Shown here one piece after another: positions 39,174 to 47,822 of a stretch of 51,361 bases of DNA (positions are counted from its first letter, which is position 1; every line of letters starts with the position of its first letter). The position numbers and the translations under genes are program-made. Under the pieces are notes generated by a model. That model saw only the letters and a program-made list of their open reading frames with translations, was not told the origin of the DNA and ran no database searches. The stretch is from positions 1 through 51,361 of the forward strand of contig DAHXLF010000001.1 of NCBI GenBank assembly GCA_027371755.1, read 5' to 3'. This DNA comes from Acidimicrobiales bacterium (GTDB taxonomy: Bacteria; Actinomycetota; Acidimicrobiia; Acidimicrobiales; JABEUL01).

Positions 39174-40136
39174 GTGGCCGGAACCAGATTTAACGCAGAC
39201 GAACTTTTTATGAAGGCCAAAGACGGTGATCGAAGATCACTGGGTCGACTTGTAACGATGATTGAGTCAGGGTATTTTAAAACCGCCGAAGCCAATAAAA
39301 CAATATTAAAATTTGACTCAAACACAATTTTGGTCGGTATTACGGGATCACCGGGAGCCGGAAAATCTACGTTAACGTCACAACTTATCGGATCGATTCG
39401 TAAAAGTGATAAAACTGTTGCGGTAATAGCAATAGATCCTTCCTCACCTTTCACCGGAGGTGCGATATTGGGAGACAGGATACGCATGGGTGAGCACGCT
39501 ATGGATTCTGGAGTCTATATAAGGTCTTTAGCCACACGGGGTCAGCTGGGGGGGCTCTCTGCTGCAGTTCCCGAAGTGGTAAAGCTAATGAGCTCGTTGC
39601 GGTTTGATTTTATTTTGGTTGAAACTGTGGGAGTCGGTCAGGTTGAAGTTGAGATAGTCGGTCAAGCTGACACAACCGTGGTTGTCGTTAACCCCGGCTG
39701 GGGAGATTCTGTACAGGCAAACAAAGCCGGATTAATGGAGATCGCCGACATATTTGTGATCAACAAAGCCGATCGACCCGGAGCTCAGGAAACTGCCCGT
39801 GATCTAAAGTCAATGTTGGAGCTGTCTCAATCAATGGCGTGGTTACCTCCGATTTGTCAGACTATAGGAACAGACGGTACGGGAGTGCAAGATTTGCTGG
39901 ACGAAATCCTCCGCCACCGCCAATATCTAGTTGATTCGGGTATTCTAAATCAAAAGGTTTTCAGTCGGACAAAGAATGAGCTGTTGTCATTGGTGAATGA
40001 AAACATTTTAAATAGAGCTACCTCTTATATCGATTCGGCCGAAGGTTCCGATTTGATAAAGTCAATCATAGAAGGCAGCGACGACATAGCGGGAGCGGCT
40101 GAAACGCTGTTTACTATGATAGTTAAGGGCTTGTAA
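39174..40136 (+). CDS. meaB: MeaB/ArgK-type G3E GTPase (methylmalonyl-CoA mutase chaperone family)
   Basis: P-loop GITGSPGAGKST, DPSSPFTGGAILGDRIRM, ETVGVGQ and NKAD. GTG start. Confidence 0.85.
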   Translation: MAGTRFNADELFMKAKDGDRRSLGRLVTMIESGYFKTAEANKTILKFDSNTILVGITGSPGAGKSTLTSQLIGSIRKSDKTVAVIAIDPSSPFTGGAILGDRIRMGEHAMDSGVYIRSLATRGQLGGLSAAVPEVVKLMSSLRFDFILVETVGVGQVEVEIVGQADTTVVVVNPGWGDSVQANKAGLMEIADIFVINKADRPGAQETARDLKSMLELSQSMAWLPPICQTIGTDGTGVQDLLDEILRHRQYLVDSGILNQKVFSRTKNELLSLVNENILNRATSYIDSAEGSDLIKSIIEGSDDIAGAAETLFTMIVKGL

Positions 40137-40180
40137 GTTAATTTAGGTTAGTTTGTTGTAGGACTCTGAATAAGGAAACC

Positions 40181-41911
40181 GTGTCAAAATCACTTAAAGA
40201 TGATCCATTATGGTATAAAAAGGCAGTATTTTATGAGGTCTTCTCGCGGGGCTTCTACGACAGCAATAATGACGGTTTTGGTGATTTGAACGGCGTAACC
40301 GCAAAGCTGGACTATTTGGCTTGGCTTGGGATTGATTGCATTTGGTTATTGCCTTTTTATGGTTCTCCCATGAAAGATGGTGGGTACGACATTGCTGATT
40401 TTGAAAACGTAGACCCTTCGTATGGTACCGAAGGAGATCTAATCAATCTTATCGATAAGGCACATTCGTTAGGAATCAGAGTCATATCGGATTTGGTCAT
40501 GAACCATTCGAGTGACCAGCACCCCTGGTTCTTGGAATCTCGATCTTCAAAGGACAACCCCAAAGCTGACTGGTATATTTGGAGAGACGACGATTCGATG
40601 TACAAAGGTGCTCGAATAATCTTTACAGACGCCGAGAATTCCAACTGGGCGTGGGATCACGTTAGACAACAATATTACTGGCATCGTTTTTATTCTCATC
40701 AGCCCGATTTGAACTATGACAATCAGGAGGTAAAAGATGCGATGCTTGCGGCCGTCAAGAAATGGCTCGACCTTGGTCTGGACGGTTTTAGATTGGATGC
40801 GGTACCTTACTTGTTTCAGGAGGAAAATACTAACTGCGAAAATCTACCCGCAACTCATGATTTTTTGAAATTGCTTCGAAAAGAGATTGACAGCAGATAT
40901 CCCAACAGGGTATTATTAGCCGAAATAAATCAGTGGCCAGCAGACTTAGTGGACTATTTTGGTAATGACGACGAATGTCACATGTGTTTTCATTTTCCGC
41001 TAATGCCCAGAATGTTTATGGCAATAAGACGCGAACAGAGGCTCCCAATTACAGAGATACTTTCGCTGACTCCAGATATACCAAATAACAGCCAATGGGG
41101 GTTATTTTTAAGAAATCATGATGAACTTACTTTGGAGCAGGTAAGTGACGAAGAGCGTGACTATATGTTTTCCGAATACGCTAAAGATTCAAGGATGAAG
41201 CGCCATATGGGTATTGCTAGAAGATTGGCGCCGTTGGTTGATAACTCTCGATCGATTGCCGAGCTACTATATGCCCTTTTGTTTTCATTGCCAGGCAGCC
41301 CAATTTTGTATTATGGCGATGAAATTATGATGGGAGATAACATATACCTTAAAGATCGTGATTCCGTGAGGACGCCGATGCAATGGGCACCGGACAGAAA
41401 CGGGGGATTTTCGTTGGCAAATTTTGAACAACTTTATTTGCCGCCGTTGATGGATTCAGTCTATGGGTATCCTGCAGTCAATGTGGAGTCTCAGTTTAAA
41501 AACCCCGGATCATTTTTGTTGTGGATAAAAAAACTTATTTCAGTCAGAAGTAATTACGAAGTTTTTGGTACGGGTAAAATTGAAGTTTTACACGACGACA
41601 ATCCTTCGGTATTTGCATTTGTCAGATTTTTTGAAAATGAAATCAATCCAGAAACTCAAACCCAAAATGACAGCCGTATTGAAGTTGGTAGGATGGAAGG
41701 TGAAGATCTGGTAAGTGTAAATAAGGTACTATGCGTTTATAATCTTTCAAGATTTCCACAACCCGCAGAACTGGATCTAAGTAAGCATAAGGGAGCAAAA
41801 TTGGTCGAGCTTAACGGAAGAGTTATTTTCCCCATGGTAACCGACGGTTCGTATAGGCTAACTTTGGGCCCGCACGGATACTATTGGTTTGAGATTAGTG
41901 ACCAGATTTGA
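40181..41911 (+). CDS. treS: Trehalose synthase (maltose alpha-D-glucosyltransferase), GH13
   Basis: DPLWYKKAVFYEV start. GH13 catalytic motifs are intact: GFRLDAVPYL (nucleophile Asp), LLAEINQWP (acid/base Glu) and FLRNHDELTLE. Confidence 0.9.
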   Translation: MSKSLKDDPLWYKKAVFYEVFSRGFYDSNNDGFGDLNGVTAKLDYLAWLGIDCIWLLPFYGSPMKDGGYDIADFENVDPSYGTEGDLINLIDKAHSLGIRVISDLVMNHSSDQHPWFLESRSSKDNPKADWYIWRDDDSMYKGARIIFTDAENSNWAWDHVRQQYYWHRFYSHQPDLNYDNQEVKDAMLAAVKKWLDLGLDGFRLDAVPYLFQEENTNCENLPATHDFLKLLRKEIDSRYPNRVLLAEINQWPADLVDYFGNDDECHMCFHFPLMPRMFMAIRREQRLPITEILSLTPDIPNNSQWGLFLRNHDELTLEQVSDEERDYMFSEYAKDSRMKRHMGIARRLAPLVDNSRSIAELLYALLFSLPGSPILYYGDEIMMGDNIYLKDRDSVRTPMQWAPDRNGGFSLANFEQLYLPPLMDSVYGYPAVNVESQFKNPGSFLLWIKKLISVRSNYEVFGTGKIEVLHDDNPSVFAFVRFFENEINPETQTQNDSRIEVGRMEGEDLVSVNKVLCVYNLSRFPQPAELDLSKHKGAKLVELNGRVIFPMVTDGSYRLTLGPHGYYWFEISDQI

Positions 41912-41930
41912 ATGAAATACTATAGGACCT

Positions 41931-43280
41931 ATGACAAGGCTTAATTCAAAATCCAAAACAGAATTACTTGAAAATTTTAAAGGGTGGATTTTTGAACAAA
42001 TCGGTTCTCATGACGAAATTTCAATTGACTTGACAAGTTTTAAGTCAAAATACTTTCCGGTCCAAAATGATATCCAAATTGAAATTATATTGATATCGGG
42101 AACTATAAACGGGTCTGAAGAGGTTTTTAGAAAGTTTTTAAATTTTAAAGACGATAATAAAAGTTTATTCCAGCTACGACAAGACGAGTCAGCGTCTTTG
42201 GGTCAAATAAATTTTTTCTGGCCGCTGGGGGTTATTAAAACCGAAGACATACCAAAAGTTGAATTTGATACGGTAAGTTCGCAGATATTCACCTCAGAAA
42301 ATGGGGTATACTCCGTTTTGGATTGTTACGAATCCGATCTGCTTATACGCAAACTATTTGAATCAATAAATTTGACATTTCAGCTTGACGAGGAACTTGC
42401 CACAAAAGATTTTGTAACCATTAGGAGGGTGACTGATTCGGCCGACCGCTGTCAAATTTATGTCATTGATTCAAAATTTAGGATCTGTTTTTACAAATAT
42501 TGTATCGATTCGCCTAACGCTGGAGTGGATGTTCTTGAAAAGCTTGAAGTTTCTGGTTTTAACCATTTGGCGGCGCCATTGGCCAGATATATGGTTGGCA
42601 GAAACTTGGTTGGATTGGTAATTGAGAATTTCGAGGCGGCCATAACCTTGGAGGCGATGGTAAACGTGTCTTTGAGGGATTTGTTTGACTACAGAGGGGA
42701 CCCTACAAATGCCGGGGCCGATCTTTCTGAGGAGTTCAGAAGGCTAGGTGAAATGCTGGCAAAATTGCATATTTTGTTGGAACAAAAGTATCATTCGACT
42801 CCAGAGACTTCCGAAAATCTCACTGAGGTTTGCGGCTTGATGATCAAGAGGGATGCATCGAAGGAAGCTAAGTCAGTAAAGGAAGACCTCAAGACAATCG
42901 GGTCGTTTGAGGACTTTGGCTTGGCAATACGTATTTATAATTCGCTATATCTGGATATTATTTACAGAACCGACATGGGGTGGTGTTTGGTTGATTTTGG
43001 TCAGGATAATTTCGAAATCAGGGTAACACCGCTTGTTAATATTGCCCAACTTTTGGCACAAGTTAAACGTGTGATAGACGAGCAAGTGTCCATGCAGCTG
43101 GAATCAGATACGCAAAAAATTACGATACTTTCAAATGCTTGGCTTAAATTGAATAGCGAAGCTTTGATTGACGGCTATATGGAACAAATTGAAGTGCATG
43201 GTATTGTTCCAAGAGACCGAGAAGTCGTTAATAAAATAGTGACTACCGCATACAGATGTCTTTTGGCTGCCGCTAATTAA
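41931..43280 (+). CDS. Maltokinase (Pep2/Mak) homolog with a degenerate catalytic loop
   Basis: It sits directly after treS, as in actinobacteria. Residues 334-375, RIYNSLYLDIIYRTDMGWCLVDFGQDNFEIRVTPLVNIAQLL, align to my recollection of mycobacterial Mak, [27 protein letters not shown]...SPLRDVAGVL. The ATP-Lys region LIRKLF resembles ILKVF. Confidence 0.6.
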   Translation: MTRLNSKSKTELLENFKGWIFEQIGSHDEISIDLTSFKSKYFPVQNDIQIEIILISGTINGSEEVFRKFLNFKDDNKSLFQLRQDESASLGQINFFWPLGVIKTEDIPKVEFDTVSSQIFTSENGVYSVLDCYESDLLIRKLFESINLTFQLDEELATKDFVTIRRVTDSADRCQIYVIDSKFRICFYKYCIDSPNAGVDVLEKLEVSGFNHLAAPLARYMVGRNLVGLVIENFEAAITLEAMVNVSLRDLFDYRGDPTNAGADLSEEFRRLGEMLAKLHILLEQKYHSTPETSENLTEVCGLMIKRDASKEAKSVKEDLKTIGSFEDFGLAIRIYNSLYLDIIYRTDMGWCLVDFGQDNFEIRVTPLVNIAQLLAQVKRVIDEQVSMQLESDTQKITILSNAWLKLNSEALIDGYMEQIEVHGIVPRDREVVNKIVTTAYRCLLAAAN

Positions 43281-43559
43281 GTTTCCAATTTCGTGTAACT
43301 TTTACAGGCCAAAGAGAAAAGGGATGGAATATTAAAGTTATTACTGTCATCGGAGTTGTTCTTTAAAAAATCTCAATCAGAACATAATTTGAGCCAAAAT
43401 ATGTTTATTAAATTTTAATTTTCGGGCTCAAGCTAGTCATTGAAGCGGGAAATAAAACCGAGCGCAGACCTTTAACTTTAGTTTCCGCAACGTCGATATG
43501 AGGCGCGGTACGGTATCCTGCATCTGATATTTGATTACCAACGCGTCAAATGGTTGAAG

Positions 43560-44546
43560 TTATTGGCTTTTGGCTTCGCGAAGTTGTTCGGCTGCAGACT
43601 CTGGAGAAACAATATTTATCATAACACCGGTACCCAATTCAAATCCCGCTCGAGTTGTAAGTTTTGGAATTAAGTGGATATGCCAATGATATGTACCTGA
43701 CGCTCGATATGGTGCCGAATGAAAAACAAGGTTGTAACTTACGTCGCCCAAGAGGTTAATAAGTCTTAAAATCGCATCTTTAATGCTGAGGCCAATTTCA
43801 TAAAGCGAAACCTGATTTGATTTATGCATGTGTTGGCCGTGTTTTTTGGGGATAATTAGCATTTCGTAAGGATGCCCTGCCCAGTAGGGGCTGATTACCG
43901 CAGAATATTCGTTGGAACTTACTATCCTGTGCTTGGATCGATTTTCGGCATCAAGCGTGGTGCAAAGAAGACAACCCCCAGCGAATCTGGCAAAACCTGC
44001 TTGTTCGTCAGCCAACTCCCTGGGAACAAAAGGGATGCCAAGCAGTTGTGCATGAGGGTGCTCAATGGAGGCACCCGCCTCTCTTCCGTGGTTGATAATT
44101 GCTTGCGTATATCTGAGTCCTGGAGTAGTGCAGTGCTCTTCGGTCCTGTCTCGTATGGCTGACATGACAAGTGAGCACTGTTCGTCAGATATTTGGCCTA
44201 AATCTTCAGTATGACTTGGGGATAGTATCAATACTTCGTGAATTCCGCTCGAAGGTGCTTCTGTAAAGACAGGGCCCAAATGGCTTACTATGAAAGGTTC
44301 GTCTCCGTCAAAGGCCGGATATAGGTTGGGAAGCACTCTAATTAGCCATTTCCCGTTGGCACCGTAAGTTTCAAGAGCTGCAGGAGTCTCTTCTTCGTTG
44401 CCTGGACAGAATGGGCACGTAGCCGAATCAGAATTCGTAATTTTCATCCGCGGGGTAAAGGCGGTCGGCCTGTTTGCCCGACTAGTGCTTACGGCAATCC
44501 ATCTGCCGGTGAGCGGGTCAAGCCTGAGTTGGTTGGATGTTGTCAT
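43560..44546 (-). CDS. galT: Galactose-1-phosphate uridylyltransferase family (HIT superfamily) nucleotidyltransferase
   Basis: Zn site CPFCPGNE, active-site HPHAQ, and a second half-domain with HWHIHLIP. Confidence 0.85.
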   Translation of the reverse strand: MTTSNQLRLDPLTGRWIAVSTSRANRPTAFTPRMKITNSDSATCPFCPGNEEETPAALETYGANGKWLIRVLPNLYPAFDGDEPFIVSHLGPVFTEAPSSGIHEVLILSPSHTEDLGQISDEQCSLVMSAIRDRTEEHCTTPGLRYTQAIINHGREAGASIEHPHAQLLGIPFVPRELADEQAGFARFAGGCLLCTTLDAENRSKHRIVSSNEYSAVISPYWAGHPYEMLIIPKKHGQHMHKSNQVSLYEIGLSIKDAILRLINLLGDVSYNLVFHSAPYRASGTYHWHIHLIPKLTTRAGFELGTGVMINIVSPESAAEQLREAKSQ

Positions 44547-45062
44547 TTGGCCGCATTTTTCATTTTAAAAATCTTTATATTTAATTTTTATACTATATTG
44601 AGCATTTAATAGTGCTTTTAATAAAAATTCTGTTTCTCTTACTTATTTTAGCTTTAAATATTGGGATTCAATAACTTGAAAAATATTCATATAGGTTCGT
44701 TGCGAAAATAGACAGTATTATTAAAATTATTAAGGGTTTTTGGCTTTAGATCCTCTACGGATCTTTAAATGATGCAGTTACAACATTTTCAAGTGTGGCA
44801 AAGCGGTATCGCGTGATTAAAGACTATAGTTAATGTTTTACGGGTGTGGTAAAAATCCCGATGACATGTAATACCATGGTTCGGGTAATATGAATTAAAA
44901 CGTTATAGGATTTCGAATCTTTTAAGACTTTTAGTGCTTTGTTCGAACGACAATTTTGGCCAATTATATAATTTGGTTGGTCATCGTTGCTGTTGTCGTT
45001 GTGCCACTGGAGTGTTAATCGGTTGCCAATGGAGAGTTAAATAAAGAACTGTTGCAATTCCA

Positions 45063-45632
45063 ATGGAAAATGACTTAAGAGACATACTTTTACTGATCCA
45101 CGTAACATCTGCAATTATTTCGCTTACATTTCCGATAGTTATGGCCGTTAGTTCATGCAGACTGTATTTTGAATTAAAAAAAACCGGTTTAAGTTTGAGC
45201 AGCTTTAATTTTTTTAAATCTAAATCTAAATATTTGAGCAGAGTCACGTATTTGCTGCCAATTACCGGGGTTGTAATAGTTGAACTGTCACATTTTAAAT
45301 CATCCTTTTTTTGGGTCTATGTCGGCGCTTTGTGCTGGATTATTAATGTATTGTTAATAGAGATTGGGGTTCTTCGGCCGTGGGATAAAGTGTGTCTAAA
45401 CTTAAATTCGCTTTCAACTCAAATGTTCCAAGTTAGCATGTCAAACGAATCTTTTGAAGATGAAGTAAAACAACAAAATACGTCGGGAGCTTTAGCGACC
45501 TTAGACTTTAAGTTGAATGATGAAAATCGACTCTTAAATCTTGTTCGAAATGTTAAATCAATGATCATAAGCTCATCGGTGGCATTTGTAGTTTTGTTTG
45601 TAGCTCTTTATGTCATGATAAGGCAACCATAA
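45063..45632 (+). CDS. Small integral membrane protein of unknown function
   Basis: 189 aa with about 4 hydrophobic helices. No recognisable motif. Confidence 0.45.
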   Translation: MENDLRDILLLIHVTSAIISLTFPIVMAVSSCRLYFELKKTGLSLSSFNFFKSKSKYLSRVTYLLPITGVVIVELSHFKSSFFWVYVGALCWIINVLLIEIGVLRPWDKVCLNLNSLSTQMFQVSMSNESFEDEVKQQNTSGALATLDFKLNDENRLLNLVRNVKSMIISSSVAFVVLFVALYVMIRQP

Positions 45633-45748
45633 ATACAAAAGGATTTAAAATGTAATGGGTATTGCCGTACATACGAGAAACTTTTTTTAAATCCTTAACG
45701 TTGTAGTGAATAGAGTCGGTAAAAATTGTATTATAATCTATTATGGAA

Positions 45749-45940
45749 CCGCATCCAGAGCGGCTGAGGGACCGGGCCCTTTGAAGCCGCGGCAACCAGT
45801 GAAACTGATGCAGATTTAAAAATAAATATAACAGGTAATTTTAGAAACTCGAGGCTTATGTTTTGGTCTTAATCTAAATTTATCGGGTTAATTTAAATCT
45901 GACAATAAGACATGGTGCCAATGCCCGAGCGATGAGGAGG
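45749..45940 (+). promoter_or_regulatory. SAM-I-clan (S-box-like) riboswitch. It is atypical: a ~110-nt insertion sits in P3, there is no junction P4, and the P1 3' strand overlaps the SD.
   Basis: Core: CCGCAUC-CAGAG-CGGC-UGAGGGA-CCGGGCCC-UUUGAAG-CCG-C-GGCAACCAG (45749-45799), then CAUGGUGCCAAUGCC (45911-45925), then GAUGAGGAGG (45931-40). This matches the SAM-I consensus ...AGAG.GG..GAGGGA..GGCCC..UGAA.CC.GGCAACC...GGUGC.AA..CC...GAU... Pairings are P2a CGGC/GCCG, P3 base GGCA/UGCC plus CCA/UGG, and an inner 10-bp helix cagatttaaa (45811-20) / tttaaatctg (45892-45901). P1 is CCGCAUC / GAUGAGG with one G-A mismatch. Confidence 0.7.
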
Positions 45941-45945
45941 ATTGT

Positions 45946-47184
45946 TTGTCTGACAAAATAGAGCTCGTATGTAAAGAATGCTCTCGACATTATGCACCAG
46001 AAGCCCTTCACGTATGTGAATACTGCTTCGGTCCGTTGGAAGTGCAATACGATTATGAGCAAATTAAATCAACTATTACTATTGAAGAGATAAAGCGCGG
46101 TCCGACCACTATGTGGCGATACTCAAAGCTACTGCCGGTAGAAGATGCTGCCCCCGTTGACCTAGGGGCCGGTTTTACCCCATTAGTGAGGGCGGATCGA
46201 TTGGGTGCTTTGTTGGGGATTTCAAACCTGTTTATAAAAGACGACACGCGAAACCCAACGGGGTCTTTCAAGGATCGTGTTGTTTCTGTATCTCTTACCA
46301 AGGCCAGACAGCTTGGCTTTAAGGTTGCTGCATGTGCATCGACGGGAAATTTGGCAAATTCGGTAGCGGCTCACGCAGCTAGGGCGGGTATGGAAGCGTA
46401 TATTTTTATACCTTACAATTTGGAGAAGGCCAAGATTGTCACGACAGCCGTTTACGGATCAAATCTCATAGCCGTAAAAGGCAACTATGACGATGTCAAT
46501 CGGCTTTGTGCCGAACTTACTTCAGAAGTTCCAGATTGGGCGTTTGTTAATGTAAATGTTCGACCATATTATGCCGAAGGGTCCAAGACCTTAGCTTTTG
46601 AAGTTAGCGAACAGTTGGGATTTGAACTTCCGGATCATGTTGTCGTGCCGATAGCATCGGGTTCCCAACTTACGAAAGTTCATAAAGGATTTGAAGAACT
46701 TAAATCAGTAGGGTTGGTAGATACGGCTAAAACTGTCCGAATATCAGGTGCACAGGCAGAAGGATGCTCTCCGGTAGCTACTGCATTTAAATCAAACGCA
46801 GACTTTGTGCAACCGGTCAAACCGGATACAATCGCTAAATCTCTGGCTATTGGGAATCCCGCCGACGGTTTTTATGCTATGGAAACTGTAAGAAAAACAG
46901 GTGGAGCAATAGAATCTGCCACAGATGCAGAAATCATCGATGGAATTATGCTTTTGGCTAAAACGGAAGGAATATTTACCGAAACCGCCGGAGGGGTAAC
47001 AATTGCAAATTTGGTGAAGCTAATTGAATCTGGGGTAATCCAAAAAGATGAAACAGTCGTTGCCCTTATTACCGGACATGGCCTTAAAACTGTTGAAGCC
47101 CTGGAATCATCAGTGGGACCCACCATGACGATCGAACCAAAATTAAGTTCTTTTTTAGAAGAGTATCGTCTCACAGAGTTCTAA
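45946..47184 (+). CDS. Threonine-synthase-like fold-type II PLP enzyme with an N-terminal Zn-ribbon, probably a homocysteine synthase using a sulfur-carrier protein
   Basis: CKEC-x14-CEYC ribbon, PLP-Lys motif NPTGSFKDR, and ThrC-like length and layout. TTG start lies 5 nt after GAGGAGG. It is preceded by the SAM riboswitch and followed by a GG-terminated MoaD/CysO-like gene. Confidence 0.75.
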   Translation: MSDKIELVCKECSRHYAPEALHVCEYCFGPLEVQYDYEQIKSTITIEEIKRGPTTMWRYSKLLPVEDAAPVDLGAGFTPLVRADRLGALLGISNLFIKDDTRNPTGSFKDRVVSVSLTKARQLGFKVAACASTGNLANSVAAHAARAGMEAYIFIPYNLEKAKIVTTAVYGSNLIAVKGNYDDVNRLCAELTSEVPDWAFVNVNVRPYYAEGSKTLAFEVSEQLGFELPDHVVVPIASGSQLTKVHKGFEELKSVGLVDTAKTVRISGAQAEGCSPVATAFKSNADFVQPVKPDTIAKSLAIGNPADGFYAMETVRKTGGAIESATDAEIIDGIMLLAKTEGIFTETAGGVTIANLVKLIESGVIQKDETVVALITGHGLKTVEALESSVGPTMTIEPKLSSFLEEYRLTEF

Positions 47185-47205
47185 GGAAAATGATTAGGAG
47201 TAGAA

Positions 47206-47481
47206 ATGACAATAAAAGTTAGAATCCCGGCTCAGCTGAGGTCTCTCACCGGCGGAGTCGGAGAGATTGAGGCCGAAGGTGCTACCGTAGGTCAGGTTTT
47301 AAAAGACGTAGATACACTCAATCCGGGTTTTGGCGAAAGAGTTTTCGACGAAGACGGAAAACTTAGGAGGTTCGTAAATATATTTTTAGCTGACGAAGAT
47401 GTGAGATTTTTGGACGGTTTGGAAACCGAGGTTAAAGACGGACAGGTTATATCGGTTGTCCCTGCTGTAGCCGGAGGGTAG
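47206..47481 (+). CDS. MoaD/ThiS/CysO-family sulfur-carrier protein ending in Gly-Gly
   Basis: 91 aa. IPAQLRSLTGG...RFVNIFLADEDVRFLDGLETEVKDGQVISVVPAVAGG* closely resembles my recollection of mycobacterial CysO. GGAG lies upstream of the ATG. Confidence 0.85.
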   Translation: MTIKVRIPAQLRSLTGGVGEIEAEGATVGQVLKDVDTLNPGFGERVFDEDGKLRRFVNIFLADEDVRFLDGLETEVKDGQVISVVPAVAGG

Positions 47482-47822
47482 TTCTTGGGGTTGAAAATTT
47501 ACGCAGGAAGGACAAGCTGCTTAATCATATACGTCAGCAAGATTTGAATTGACTGTAAAATTGATTTTGCGTGAATTGGATTGGCTAACAGGAATATAAA
47601 TTTTTAATATAACCGATCTACGATAACCGCATCTAAGTTTGATAATGCATGTTGTCATCCATCCATCCGGTATTAAATAAAGTTGAAAGAATAAATTTGC
47701 CTGTCGCTATCTATCTCGCAAAAACGCATCTTAGAATTAGTTTATGTTCTTCATTATGCAGTTGAAATGCAATGCTCTATTAACACGATTTAAGAACTCT
47801 TTCTAAATTTGCGAATGAAAAA

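Noticed and set aside
45613-45795. 60-aa minus-strand ORF overlapping the riboswitch region
   Set aside because: It overlaps the conserved SAM-riboswitch core on the opposite strand, and the open frame is better explained by the RNA element. The same reasoning applies to 45880..46062 (minus strand) over the SD and start of the ThrC-like gene.
45751-45811. A compact riboswitch fold using GCAUC (45751-55) / GAUGC (45807-11) as P1 and CAGU-GAA-ACUG as P3
   Set aside because: This fold would lack the conserved GGUGC.AA..CC segment and any J3/4 or P4 equivalent. The long-range alternative recovers that segment exactly, 110 nt downstream next to the SD. I keep the local pairing only as a possible alternative (ON-state) structure.
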